A DNA stretch of 64,000 bases from Eledone cirrhosa (Eukaryota): the NCBI GenBank assembly GCA_964016885.1, contig OZ024742.1, positions 22,258,001-22,322,000 on the forward strand, read 5' to 3'. Below, piece by piece: positions 47,901 through 62,900 of this stretch. The notes beneath the pieces are model-generated. The model saw only the letters and a program-made list of their open reading frames with translations, was not told the origin of the DNA and searched no databases. Positions within the stretch are counted from its first letter, which is position 1. Every line of letters starts with the position of its first letter. Both the position numbers and the translations under genes were made by a program.

Positions 47901-50900
47901 AACCAACATTTCATACCTAGCCTGGGTGTATTGTCAGTTTTGGAAACCAACATTTCATACCTAGCCTGGGTCTATTGTCAGTTTTGCAAACCAACATTTC
48001 ATACGTAGCCTGGGGCTATTGTCCGTTTTGGAAACCATCATTTCATACCTAGCCTGGGTCTACTGTCAGTTTTGGAAACCAACATTTCATACCTAGCCTG
48101 GGTCTATTGTCAGTTTTAGAAACCAACATTTCAAACCTACCCTGGGGCTATTGTCAGTTTTGGAAACCAACATTTGATACCTAGCCTTGGTCTATTGTCA
48201 GTTTTGGAAACCAACATTTCATAACTAGTCTGGGTCTATTGTCAGTTTTGGAAACCTGCATTTCATACCTAGCCTGGATTTATTATCAGTTTTGGAAACG
48301 AACATTTCATACCTAGTCTGGCTCTATTGTCAGTTTTGGAAACCAACATTTCATAACTAGCCTGGGTCTTTTGTCAGTTGTGGAAACCTATATTACATAC
48401 CTAGCCTAGGTATATTATCAGTTTAGAAACCAACATTTCATACCTAGCCTGGGTCTATTGTCAGTTTTGGAAACCAACATTTCATAACTAGCCTGGTTCT
48501 ATTGTCAGTTTTGGAAACCTACATTTCATACCTAGCTTGGGTCTATTGTCAGTTTTGGAAACCAACATTTCATACCTAGCCTGGGTGTATTGTCAGTTTT
48601 GGAAACCAACATTTCATACGTAGCCTGGGTCTATTGTCAGTTTTGGAAACCAACATTTCATAACTTGCCTGGGTCTTTTGTCAGTTTTGGAAACCAACAT
48701 TTCATATCTAGCCTGGGTCTATTGTCAGTTTTGGAAACCAACATTTCATAGCTAGACTGGGTCTATTGTCAGTTTTGGAAACCAACATTTCATACCAAGC
48801 CCGGGACTATTGTCATTTTTGGAAACCAACATTTCATACCTAGCCATGGTCTATTATCAGTTTTGGAAACCTACATTTCATACCCAGCCTGGGACTATTG
48901 TCAGTTTAGGAAACCAACATTTCATACCTTGCCTGGGTTTATTGTCAGTTTTAGAAACCAACATTTCATACCTAGCCTGGGTCTATTATCAGTTTTGGAA
49001 ACCTACATTTCATACCTAACCTGGGTCTATTGTCAGTTTTGGAAACCAACATTTTATACCTAGCCTGGGTCTATTGTCAGTTTTGGAAACCAATCTTTCA
49101 TATCTAGTCTGTGTCTATTGTCAATTTTGGAAACCAACATTTCATACCTAGCCATGGGTCTATTGTCAGTTTTTGAAACCATCATTTCATACCTAGCCTG
49201 GGTCTATTGTCAGTTTTGGAAACCAACATTTCATACCTAGCCTGGGTGTATTGTCAGTTTTGGAAACCAACATTTCATACCTAGCCTGGGTCTATTGTCA
49301 GTTTTGCAAACCAACATTTCATACGTAGCCTGGGGCTATTGTCAGTTTTGGAAACCATCATTTCATACCTAGCCTGGGTCTACTGTCAGTTTTGGAAACC
49401 AACATTTCATACCTAGCCTGGGTCTATTGTCAGTTTTAGAAACCAACATTTCAAACCTACCCTGGGGCTATTGTCAGTTTTGGAAACCAACATTTGATAC
49501 CTAGCCTGGGTCTATTGTCAGTTTTGGAAACCAACATTTCATAACTAGACTGGGTCTATTGTCAGTTTTGGAAACCTACATTTCATACCTAGCCTGGATC
49601 TATTATCAGTTTTGGAAACCAACATTTCATACCTAGCCTGGGTCTATTGTCAGTTTATGGAAACCAACATTTCATATCTAGTCTGGGCCTATTGTCAGTT
49701 ATGGAAACCTACATTTCATACCTAGCCTGGGTCTACTGTCAGTTTTGGAAACCAACAATTCATACCTAGCCTGCGTCTATTGTCAGTTTTGTAAACCAAC
49801 ATTTCATACCTAGCCTGGGTGTATTGTCAGTTTTGGAAACGAACATTTCATACCTAGCCTGGGTCTGTTGTTAGTTTTGCAAACCAACATTTCATACGTA
49901 GCCTGGGGCTATTGTCAGTTTTGGAAACCATCATTTCATACCTAGCCTGGGTCTACTGTCAGTTTTGTAAACCAACATTTCATACCTAGCCTGGGTGTAT
50001 TGTCAGTTTTGGAAACCAACATTTCATACCTAGCCTGGGTCTATTGTCAGTTCTGCAAACCAACATTTCATACGTAGCCTGGGGCTATTGTCAGTTTTGG
50101 AAACCATCATTTCATACCTAGCCTGGGTCTACTGTCAGTTTTGGAAACCAACATTTCATACCTAGCCTGGGTCTATTGTCAGTTTTAGAAACCAACATTT
50201 CAAACCTACCCTGGGGCTATTGTCAGTTTTGGAAACCAACATTTGATACCTAGCCTGGGTCTATTGTCAGTTTTGGAAACCAACATTTCATAACTAGCCT
50301 GGTTCTATTGTCAGTTTGGGAAACCTACATTTCATACCTAGCTTGGGTCTATTGTCAGTTTTGGAAACCAACATTTCATACCTAGCCTGGGTGTATTGTC
50401 AGTTTTGGAAACCAACATTTCATACGTAGCCTGGGTCTATTGTCAGTTTTGGAAACCAACATTTCATAACTTGCCTGGGTCTTTTGTCAGTTTTGGAAAC
50501 CAACATTTCATATCTAGCCTGGGTCTATTGTCAGTTTTGGAAACCAACATTTCATAGCTAGACTGGGTCTATTGTCAGTTTTGGAAACCAACATTTCATA
50601 CCAAGCCCGGGACTATTGTCATTTTTGGAAACCAACATTTCATACCTAGCCATGGTCTATTATCAGTTTTGGAAACCTACATTTCATACCCAGCCTGGGA
50701 CTATTGTCAGTTTAGGAAACCAACATTTCATACCTTGCCTGGGTTTATTGTCAGTTTTAGAAACCAACATTTCATACCTAGCCTGGGTCTATTATCAGTT
50801 TTGGAAACCTACATTTCATACCTAACCTGGGTCTATTGTCAGTTTTGGAAACCAACATTTCATACCTAGCCTGGGTCTATTGTCAGTTTTGGAAACCAAC

Positions 50901-53900
50901 ATTTCATATCTAGTCTGTGTCTATTGTCAATTTTGGAAACCAACATTTCATACCTAGCCTGGGTCTATTGTCTGTTTTTGAAACCATCATTTCATACCTA
51001 GCCTGGGTCTATTGTCAGTTTTGGAAACCAACATTTCATACCTAGCCTGGGTGTATTGTCAGTTTTGGAAACCAACATTTCATACCTAGCCTGGGTCTAT
51101 TGTCAGTTTTGCAAACCAACATTTCATACGTAGCCTGGGGCTATTGTCAGTTTTGGAAACCATCATTTCATACCTAGCCTGGGTCTACTGTCAGTTTTGG
51201 AAACCAACATTTCATACCTAGCCTGGGTCTATTGTCAGTTTTAGAAACCAACATTTCAAACCTACCCTGGGGCTATTGTCAGTTTTGGAAACCAACATTT
51301 GATACCTAGCCTGGGTCTATTGTCAGTTTTGGAAACCAACATTTCATAACTAGACTGGGTCTATTGTCAGTTTTGGAAACCTACATTTCATACCTAGCCT
51401 GGATCTATTATCAGTTTTGGAAACCAACATTTCATACCTAGCCTGGGTCTATTGTCAGTTTTGGAAACCAACATTTCATATCTAGTCTGGGCCTATTGTC
51501 AGTTTTGGAAACCTACATTTCATACCTAGCCTGGGTCTACTGTCAGTTTTGGAAACCAACAATTCATACCTAGCCTGCGTCTATTGTCAGTTTTGTAAAC
51601 CAACATTTCATACCTAGCCTGGGTGTATTGTCAGTTTTGGAAACGAACATTTCATACCTAGCCTGGGTCTGTTGTTAGTTTTGCAAACCAACATTTCATA
51701 CGTAGCCTGGGGCTATTGTCAGTTTTGGAAACCATCATTTCATACCTAGCCTGGGTCTACTGTCAGTTTTGTAAACCAACATTTCATACCTAGCCTGGGT
51801 GTATTGTCAGTTTTGGAAACCAACATTTCATACCTAGCCTGGGTCTATTGTCAGTTTTGCAAACCAACATTTCATACGTAGCCTGGGGCTATTGTCAGTT
51901 TTGGAAACCATCATTTCATACCTAGCCTGGGTCTACTGTCAGTTTTGGAAACCAACATTTCATACCTAGCCTGGGTCTATTGTCAGTTTTAGAAACCAAC
52001 ATTTCAAACCTACCCTGGGGCTATTGTCAGTTTTGGAAACCAACATTTGATACCTAGCCTGGGTCTATTGTCAGTTTTGGAAACCAACATTTCATAACTA
52101 GACTGGGTCTATTGTCAGTTTTGGAAACCTACATTTCATACCTAGCCTGGATCTATTATCAGTTTTGGAAACCAACATTTCATACCTAGCCTGGGTCTAT
52201 TGTCAGTTTTGGAAACCAACATTTCATATCTAGTCTGGGCTTATTGTCAGTTTTGGAAACCTACATTTCATACCTAGCCTGGGTCTACTGTCAGTTTTGG
52301 AAACCAACAATTCATACCTAGCCTGCGTCTATTGTCAGTTTTGTAAACCAACATTTCATACCTAGCCTGGGTGTATTGTCAGTTTTGGAAACGAACATTT
52401 CATACCTAGCCTGGGTCTACTGTCAGTTTTGGAAACCAACATTTCATACCTAGCCTGGGTCTATTGTCAGTTTTAGAAACCAACATTTCAAACCTACCCT
52501 GGGGCTATTGTCAGTTTTGGAAACCAACATTTGATACCTAGCCTGGGTCTATTGTCAGTTTTGGAAACCAACATTTCATAACTAGACTGGGTCTATTGTC
52601 AGTTTTGGAAACCTACATTTCATACCTAGCCTGGATCTATTATCAGTTTTGGAAACCAACATTTCATACCTAGCCTGGGTCTATTGTCAGTTTTGGAAAC
52701 CAACATTTCATATCTAGTCTGGGCCTATTGTCAGTTTTGGAAACCTACATTTCATACCTAGCCTGGGTCTACTGTCAGTTTTGGAAACCAACAATTCATA
52801 CCTAGCCTGGGTGTATTGTCAGTTTTGGAAACGAACATTTCATACCTAGCCTGGGTCTGTTGTTAGTTTTGCAAACCAACATTTCATACGTAGCCTGGGG
52901 CTATTGTCAGTTTTGGAAACCATCATTTCATACCTAGCCTGGGTCTACTGTCAGTTTTGTAAACCAACATTTCATACCTAGCCTGGGTGTATTGTCAGTT
53001 TTGGAAACCAACATTTCATACCTAGCCTGGGTCTATTGTCAGTTTTGCAAACCAACATTTCATACGTAGCCTGGGGCTATTGTCAGTTTTGGAAACCATC
53101 ATTTCATACCTAGCCTGGGTCTACTGTCAGTTTTGGAAACCAACATTTCATACCTAGCCTGGGTCTATTGTCAGTTTTAGAAACCAACATTTCAAACCTA
53201 CCATGGGGCTATTGTCAGTTTTGGAAACCAACATTTGATACCTAGCCTGGGTCTATTGTCAGTTTTGGAAACCAACATTTCATAACTAGACTGGGTCTAT
53301 TGTCAGTTTTGGAAACCTACATTTCATACCTAGCCTGGATCTATTATCAGTTTTGGAAACCAACATTTCATACCTAGCCTGGGTCTATTGTCAGTTTTGG
53401 AAACCAACATTTCATATCTAGTCTGGGCCTATTGTCAGTTTTGGAAACCTACATTTCATACCTAGCCTGGGTGTACTGTCAGTTTTGGAAACCAACAATT
53501 CATACCTAGCCTGCGTCTATTGTCAGTTTTGTAAACCAACATTTCATACCTAGCATGGGTGTATTGTCAGTTTTGGAAACGAACATTTCATACCTAGCCT
53601 GGGTCTGTTGTTAGTTTTGCAAACCAACATTTCATACGTAGCCTGGGGCTATTGTCAGTTTTGGAAACCATCATTTCATACCTAGCCTGGGTCTACTGTC
53701 AGTTTTGTAAACCAACATTTCATACCTAGCCTGGGTGTATTGTCAGTTTTGGAAACCAACATTTCATACCTAGCCTGGGTCTATTGTCAGTTTTGCAAAC
53801 CAACATTTCATACGTAGCCTGGGGCTATTGTCAGTTTTGGAAACCAACATTTCATACCTAGCCTGGGTCTATTGTCAGTTTTGGAAACCTACATTTCATA

Positions 53901-56900
53901 CCTAGCCTGGGTCTATTGTCAGTTTTAGAAACCTACATTTCAAACCTACCCTGGGGCTAGTGTCAGTTTTGGAAACCAACATTTGATACCTAGCCTGGGT
54001 CTATTGTCAGTTTTGGAAACCAACATTTCATAACTAGCCTGGTTCTATTGTCAGTTTTGGAAACCTACATTTCATACCTAGCTTGGGTCTATTGTCAGTT
54101 TTGGAAACCAACATTTCATACCTAGCCTGGGTGTATTGTCAGTTTTGGAAACCAACATTTCATACGTAGCCTGGGTCTATTGTCAGTTTTGGAAACCAAC
54201 ATTTCATAACTTGCCTGGGTCTTTTGTCAGTTTTGGAAACCAACATTTCATATCTAGCCTGGGTCTATTGTCAGTTTTGGAAACCAACATTTCATAGCTA
54301 GACTGGGTCTATTGTCAGTTTTGGAAACCAACATTTCATACCAAGCCCGGGACTATTGTCATTTTTGGAAACCAACATTTCATACCTAGCCATGGTCTAT
54401 TGTCAGTTTTGGAAACCTACATTTCATACCCAGCCTGGGACTATTGTCAGTTTAGGAAACCAACATTTCATACCTTGCCTGGGTTTATCGTCAGTTTTAG
54501 AAACCAACATTTCATAACTAGCCTGGGTCTATTATCAGTTTTGGAAACCTACATTTCATACCTAACCTGGGTCTATTGTCAGTTTTGGAAACCAACATTT
54601 CATACCTAGCCTGGGTCTATTGTCAGTTTTGGAAACCAACATTTCATATCTAGTCTGTGTCTATTGTCAATTTTGGAAACCAACATTTCATACCTAGCCT
54701 GGGTCTATTGTCAGTTTTTGAAATCATCATTTCATACCTAGCCTGGGTCTATTGTCAGTTTTGGAAACCAACATTTCATACCTAGCCTGGGTGTATTGTC
54801 AGTTTTGGAAACCAACATTTCATACCTAGCCTGGGTCTATTGTCAGTTTTGCAAACCAACATTTCATACGTAGCCTGGGGCTATTGTCAGTTTTGGAAAC
54901 CATCATTTCATACCTAGCCTGGGTCTACTGTCAGTTTTGGAAACCAACATTTCATACCTAGCCTGGGTCTATTGTCAGTTTTAGAAACCAACATTTCAAA
55001 CCTACCCTGGGGCTATTGTCAGTTTTGGAAACCAACATTTGATACCTAGCCTGGGTCTATTGTCAGTTTTGGAAACCAACATTTCATAACTAGATTGGGT
55101 CTATTGTCAGTTTTGGAAACCTACATTTCATACCTAGCCTGGATCTATTATCAGTTTTGGAAACCAACATTTCATACCTAGCCTGGGTCTATTGTCAGTT
55201 TTGGAAACGAACATTTCATACCTAGCCTGGGTCTGTTGTTAGTTTTGCAAACCAACATTTCATACGTAGCCTGGGGCTATTGTCAGTTTTGGAAACCATC
55301 ATTTCATACCTAGCCTGGGTCTACTGTCAGTTTTGTAAACCAACATTTCATACCTAGCCTGGGTGTATTGTCAGTTTTGGAAACCAACATTTCATACCTA
55401 GCCTGGGTCTATTGTCAGTTTTGCAAACCAACATTTCATACGTAGCCTGGGGCTATTGTCAGTTTTGGAAACCATCATTTCATACCTAGCCTGGGTCTAC
55501 TGTCAGTTTTGGAAACCAACATTTCATACCTAGCCTGGGTCTATTGTCAGTTTTAGAAACCAACATTTCAAACCTACCCTGGGGCTATTGTCAGTTTTGG
55601 AAACCAACATTTGATACCTAGCCTGGGTCTATTGTCAGTTTTGGAAACCAACATTTCATAACTAGCCTGGGTCTTTTGTCAGTTTTGGAAACCTATATTA
55701 CATACCTAGCCTAGGTATATTATCAGTTTAGAAACCAACATTTCATACCTTGCCTGGGTCTATTGTCAGTTTTGGAAACCAACATTTCATAACTAGCCTG
55801 GTTCTATTGTCAGTTTTGGAAACCAACATTTCATAACTAGCCTGGGTCTTTTGTCAGTTTTGGAAACCTATATTACATACCTAGCATAGGTATATTATCA
55901 GTTTAGAAACCAACATTTCATACCTAGCCTGGGTCTATTGTCAGTTTTGGAAACCAACATTTCATAACTAGCCTGGTTCTATTGTCAGTTTTGGAAACCT
56001 ACATTTCATACCTAGCTTGGGTCTATTGTCAGTTTTGGAAACCAACATTTCATACCTAGCCTGGGTGTATTGTCAGTTTTGGAAACCAACATTTCATACG
56101 TAGCCTGGGTCTATTGTCAGTTTTGGAAACCAACATTTCATAACTTGCCTGGGTCTTTTGTCAGTTTTGGAAACCAACATTTCATATCTAGCCTGGGTCT
56201 ATTGTCAGTTTTGGAAACCAACATTTCATAGCTAGACTGGGTCTATTGTCAGTTTTGGAAACCAACATTTCATACCAAGCCCGGGACTATTGTCATTTTT
56301 GGAAACCAACATTTCATACCTAGCCATGGTCTATTATCAGTTTTGGAAACCTACATTTCATACCCAGCCTGGGACTATTGTCAGTTTAGGAAACCAACAT
56401 TTCATACCTTGCCTTGGTTTATTGTCAGTTTTAGAAACCAACATTTCATACCTAGCCTGGGCCTATTATCAGTTTTGGAAACCTACATTTCATACCTAAC
56501 CTGGGTCTATTGTCAGTTTTGGAAACCAACATTTCATATCTAGTCTGGGTCTATTGTCAATTTTGGAAACCAACATTTCATACCTAGCCTGGGTCTATTG
56601 TCAGTTTTAGAAACCAACATTTCAAACCTACCCTGGGGCTATTGTCAGTTTTGGAAACCATCATTTGATACCTAGCCTGGGTCTATTGTCAGTTTTGGAA
56701 ACCAACATTTCATAACTAGACTGGGTCTATTGTCAGTTTTGGAAACCTACATTTCATACCTAGCCTGGATCTATTATCAGTTTTGGAAACCAACATTTCA
56801 TACCTAGCCTGGGTCTATTGTCAGTTTTGGAAACCAACATTTCATAACTAGCCTGGGTCTTTTGTCAGTTTTCGAAACCTATATTACATACCTAGCCTAG

Positions 56901-59900
56901 GTATATTATCAGTTTAGAAACCAACATTTCATACCTAGCCTGGGTCTATTGTCAGTTTTGGAAACCAACATTTCATAACTAGCCTGGTTCTATTGTCAGT
57001 TTTGGAAACCTACATTTCATACCTAGCTTGGGTCTATTGTCAGTTTTGGAAACCAACATTTCATACCTAGCCCGGGTGTATTGTCAGTTTTGGAAACCAA
57101 CATTTCATACCTAGCCTGGGTCTATTGTCAGTTTTGGAAACCGACATTTCATACCTAGCCTGGGTCTATTGTCAGTTTTAGAAACCAACATTTCAAACCT
57201 ACCCTGGGGCTATTGTCAGTTTTGGAAACCAACATTTGATACCTAGCCTGGGTCTATTGTCAGTTTTGGAAACCAACATTTCATAACTAGACTGGGTCTA
57301 TTGTCAGTTTTGGAAACCTACATTTCATACCTAGCCTGGATCTATTATCAGTTTTGGAAACCAACATTTCATACCTAGCCTGGGTCTATTGTCTGTTTTG
57401 GAAACCAACATTTCATAACTAGCCTGGGTCTTTTGTCAGTTTTGGAAACCTATATTACATACCTAGCCTAGGTATATTATCAGTTTAGAAACCAACATTT
57501 CATACCTAGCCTGGGTCTATTGTCAGTTTTGGAAACCAACATTTCATAACTAGCCTGGTTCTATTGTCAGTTTTGGAAACCTACATTTCATACCTAGCTT
57601 GGGTCTATTGTCAGTTTTGGAAACCAACATTTCATACCTAGCCTGGGTGTATTGTCAGTTTTGGAAACCAACATTTCATACGTAGCCTGGGTCTATTGTC
57701 AGTTTTGGAAACCAACATTTCATAACTTGCCTGGGTCTTTTGTCAGTTTTGGAAACCAACATTTCATATCTAGCCTGGGTCTATTGTCAGTTTTGGAAAC
57801 CAACATTTCATACCAAGCCCGGGACTATTGCAATTTTTGGAAACCAACATTTCATACCTAGCCATGGTCTATTATCAGTTTTGGAAAACTACATTTCATA
57901 CCCAGCCTGGGACTATTGTCAGTTTAGGAAACCAACATTTCATACCTTGCCTGGGTTTATTGTCAGTTTTAGAAAACAACATTTCATACCTAGCCTGGGT
58001 CTATTATCAGTTTTGGAAACCTACATTTCATACCTAACCTGGGTCTATTGTCAGTTTTGGAAACCTACATTTCATACCTAACCTGGGTCTATTGTCAGTT
58101 TTGGAAACCAACATTTCATATCTAGTCTGGGTCTATTGTCTATTTTGGAAACCAACATTTCATACCTAGCCTGGGTCTATTGTCAGTTTTTGAAACCATC
58201 AATTCATACCTAGCCTGGGTCTATTGTCAGTTTTAGAAACCAACATTTCAAACCTAGCCTGGGGCTACTGTCAGTTTTAGAAACCAACATTTCATACCTA
58301 GCCTGTGTCTATTGTCAGTTTTGGAAACCAACATTTCATACCTAGCCTGGGTCTATTATCAGTTTTGGAAACCTACATCTCATACCAAACCTGGGTCTAT
58401 TGTCAGTTTTGGAACCAACATATCATACCTAGCCTTGATCTATTGTCAGTTTTGGAAACCAACATTTCATACCTAGCCTGGATCTATTATCAGTTTTGGA
58501 AACCAACATTTCATACCTAGCCTGGGTCTATTGTCAGTTTTGTAAACCAACATTTCATACCTAGCCTGGGTCTATTGTCAGTTTTGGAAACCAACAATTC
58601 ATACCTAGCCTGGGTCAATTGTCAGTTTTGTAAACCAACATTTCATACCTAGCCTGGGTCTATTGTCAGTTTTGCAAACCAACATTTCATACGTAGCCTG
58701 GGGCTATTGTCAGTTTTGGAAACCATCATTTCATAACTAGCCTGGGTCTACTGTCAGTTTTGGAAATCAACATTTCATACCTAGCCTGGGACTCTTGTCA
58801 GTTTTAGAAACCAACATTTCAAACCTACCCTGGGACTATTGTCAATTTTGGAAACCAACATTTCATAACTTGCCTGGGTCTTTTGTCAGTTTTGGAAACC
58901 AACATTTCATATCTAGCCTGGGTCTATTGTCAGTTTTGGAAACCAACATTTCATAACTTGCCTGGGTCTTTTGTCAGTTTTGGAAACCAACATTTCATAT
59001 CTAGCCTGGGTCTATTGTCAGTTTTGGAAACCAACATTTCATACCAAGCCTGGGACTATTGCAATTTTTGGAAACCAACATTTCATACCTAGCCATGGTC
59101 TATTATCAGTTTTGGAAACCTACATTTCATACCCAGCCTGGGACTATTGTCAGTTTAGGAAACCAACATTTCATACCTTGCCTGGGTTTATTGTCAGTTT
59201 TAGAAACCAACATTTCATACCTAGCCTGGGTCTATTATCAGTTTTGGAAACCTACATTTCATACCTAACCTGGGTCTATTGTCAGTTTTGGAAACCAACA
59301 TTTCATACCTAGCCTGGGTCTATTGTCAGTTTTGGAAACCAACATTTCATATCTAGTCTGGGTCTATTGTCTATTTTGGAAACCAACATTTCATACCTAG
59401 CCTGGGTCTATTGTCAGTTTTTGAAACCATCAATTCATACCTAGCCTGGGTCTATTGTCAGTTTTTGAAACCATCAATTCATACCTAGCCTGGGTCTATT
59501 GTCAGTTTTAGAAACCAACATTTCAAACCTAGCCTGGGGCTACTGTCAGTTTTGGAAACCAACATTTCATACCTAGCCTGTGTCTATTGTCAGTTTTGGA
59601 AACCAACATTTCATACCTAGCCTGGGTCTATTATCAGTTTTGGAAACCTACATCTCATACCAAACCTGGGTCTATTGTCAGTTTTGGAACCAACATATCA
59701 TACCTAGCCTGGGTATATTATCAGTTTTGGAAACCAACCTTTAATACCTAGCCTGGGTCGATTGTCAGTTTTGGAAACCAACATTTCATACCTAGCCTGG
59801 GTCTATTGTCTGTTTTGGAAACCAACATTTCATATCTAGCCTGGATCTATTATCAGTTTTGGAAACCTACATTTCATACCCAGCCTTGATCTATTGTCAG

Positions 59901-62900
59901 TTTTGGAAACCAACATTTCATACCTAGCCTGGATCTATTATCAGTTTTGGAAACCAACATTTCATACCTAGCCTGGGTCTATTGTCAGTTTTGTAAACCA
60001 ACATTTCATACCTAGCCTGGGTCTATTGTCAGTTTTGGAAACCAACAATTCATACCTAGCCTGGGTCAATTGTCAGTTTTGTAAACCAACATTTCATACC
60101 TAGCCTGGGTGTATCGTCAGTTTTGGAAACCAACATTTCATACCTAGCCTGGGTCTATTGTCAGTTTTGGAAACCATCATTTCATAACTAGCCTGGGTCT
60201 ACTGTCAGTTTTGGAAATCAACATTTCATACCTAGCCTGGGACTCTTGTCAGTTTTAGAAACCAACATTTCAAACCTACCCTGGGGCTATTGTCAATTTT
60301 GGAAACCAACATTTCATAACTTGCCTGGGTCTTTTGTCAGTTTTGGAAACCAACATTTCATATCTAGCCTGGGTCTATTGTCAGTTTTGGAAACCAACAT
60401 TTCATACCAAGCCCGGGACTATTGCAATTTTTGGAAACCAACATTTCATACCTAGCCATGGTCTATTATCAGTTTTGGAAACCTACATTTCATACCCAGC
60501 CTGGGACTATTGTCAGTTTAGGAAACCAACATTTCATACCTTGCCTGGGTTTATTGTCAGTTTTAGAAACCAACATTTCATACCTAGCCTGGGTCTATTA
60601 TCAGTTTTGGAAACCTACATTTCATACCTAACCTGGGTCTATTGTCAGTTTTGGAAACCAACATTTCATACCTAGCCTGGGTCTATTGTCAGTTTTGGAA
60701 ACCAACATTTCATATCTAGTCTGGGTCTATTGTCTATTTTGGAAACCAACATTTCATACCTAGCCTGGGTCTATTGTCAGTTTTTGAAACCATCAATTCA
60801 TACCTAGCCTGGGTCTATTGTCAGTTTTAGAAACCAACATTTCAAACCTAGCCTGGGGCTACTGTCAGTTTTGGAAACCAACATTTCATACCTAGCCTGT
60901 GTCTATTGTCAGTTTTGGAAACCAACATTTCATACCTAGCCTGGGTCTATTATCAGTTTTGGAAACCTACATCTCATACCAAACCTGGGTCTATTGTCAG
61001 TTTTGGAACCAACATATCATACCTAGCCTGGGTATATTATCAGTTTTGGAAACCAACCTTTAATACCTAGCCTGGGTCGATTGTCAGTTTTGGAAACCAA
61101 CATTTCATACCTAGCCTGGGTCTATTGTCTGTTTTGGAAACCAACATTTCATATCTAGCCTGGATCTATTATCAGTTTTGGAAACCTACATTTCATACCC
61201 AGCCTTGATCTATTGTCAGTTTTGGAAACCAACATTTCATACCTAGCCTGGATCTATTATCAGTTTTGGAAACCAACATTTCATACCTAGCCTGGGTCTA
61301 TTGTCAGTTTTGTAAACCAACATTTCATACCTAGCCTGGGTCTATTGTCAGTTTTGGAAACCAACAATTCATACCTAGCCTGGGTCAATTGTCAGTTTTG
61401 TAAACCAACATTTCATACCTAGCCTGGGTGTATCGTCAGTTTTGGAAACCAACATTTCATACCTAGCCTGGGTCTATTGTCAGTTTTGCAAACCAACATT
61501 TCATACGTAGCCTGGGGCTATTGTCAGTTTTGGAAACCATCATTTCACACCTAGCCTGGGTCTACTGTCAGTTTTGGAAATCAACATTTCATACCTAGCC
61601 TGGGACTCTTGTCAGTTTTAGAAACCAACATTTCAAACCTACCCTGGGGCTATTGTCAATTTTGGAAACCAACATTTGATACCTAGCCTGGGTCTATTGT
61701 CAGTTTTTGAAACCATCATTTCATACCTAGCCTGGGTCTATTGTCAGTTTTAGAAACCAACATTTCAAACCTAGCCTGGGGCTACTGTCAGTTTTGGAAA
61801 CCAACATTTCATACCTAGCCTGGGTCTATTGTCAGTTTTGGAAACCAACATTTCATAACTAGCCTGGGTCTTTTGTCGGTTTTGGAAACCTATATTACAT
61901 ACCTAGCCTAGGTATATTATCAGTTTAGAAACCAACATTTCATACCTAGCCTGGGGCTATTGTCAGTTTTGGAAACCAACATTTCATAACTAGCCTGGTT
62001 CTATTGTCAGTTTTGGAAACCAACATTTCATACCTAGCCTGGGTGTTTTGTCAGTTTTGGAAACCAACATTTCATACCTTGCCTGGGTCTTTTGTCAGTT
62101 TTGGAAACCAACATTTCATATCTAGCCTGGGTCTATTGTCAGTTTTGGAAAACAACATTTCATACCTAGCCTGGGTCTATTGTCAGTTTTGGAAACCTAC
62201 ATTTCATACCTAGCCTGGGTCTATTGTCAGTTTTAGAAACCTACATTTCAAACCTACCCTGGGGCTAGTGTCAGTTTTGGAAACCAACATTTGATACCTA
62301 GCCTGGGTCTATTGTCAGTTTTGGAAACCAACATTTCATAACTAGCCTGGTTCTATTGTCAGTTTTGGAAACCTACATTTCATACCTAGCTTGGGTCTAT
62401 TGTCAGTTTTGGAAACCAACATTTCATACCTAGCCTGGGTGTATTGTCAGTTTTGGAAACCAACATTTCATACGTAGCCTGGGTCTATTGTCAGTTTTGG
62501 AAACCAACATTTCATAACTTGCCTGGGTCTTTTGTCAGTTTTGGAAACCAACATTTCATATCTAGCCTGGGTCTATTGTCAGTTTTGGAAACCAACATTT
62601 CATAGCTAGACTGGGTCTATTGTCAGTTTTGGAAACCAACATTTCATACCAAGCCCGGGACTATTGTCATTTTTGGAAACCAACATTTCATACCTAGCCA
62701 TGGTCTATTGTCAGTTTTGGAAACCTACATTTCATACCCAGCCTGGGACTATTGTCAGTTTAGGAAACCAACATTTCATACCTTGCCTGGGTTTATCGTC
62801 AGTTTTAGAAACCAACATTTCATAACTAGCCTGGGTCTATTATCAGTTTTGGAAACCTACATTTCATACCTAACCTGGGTCTATTGTCAGTTTTGGAAAC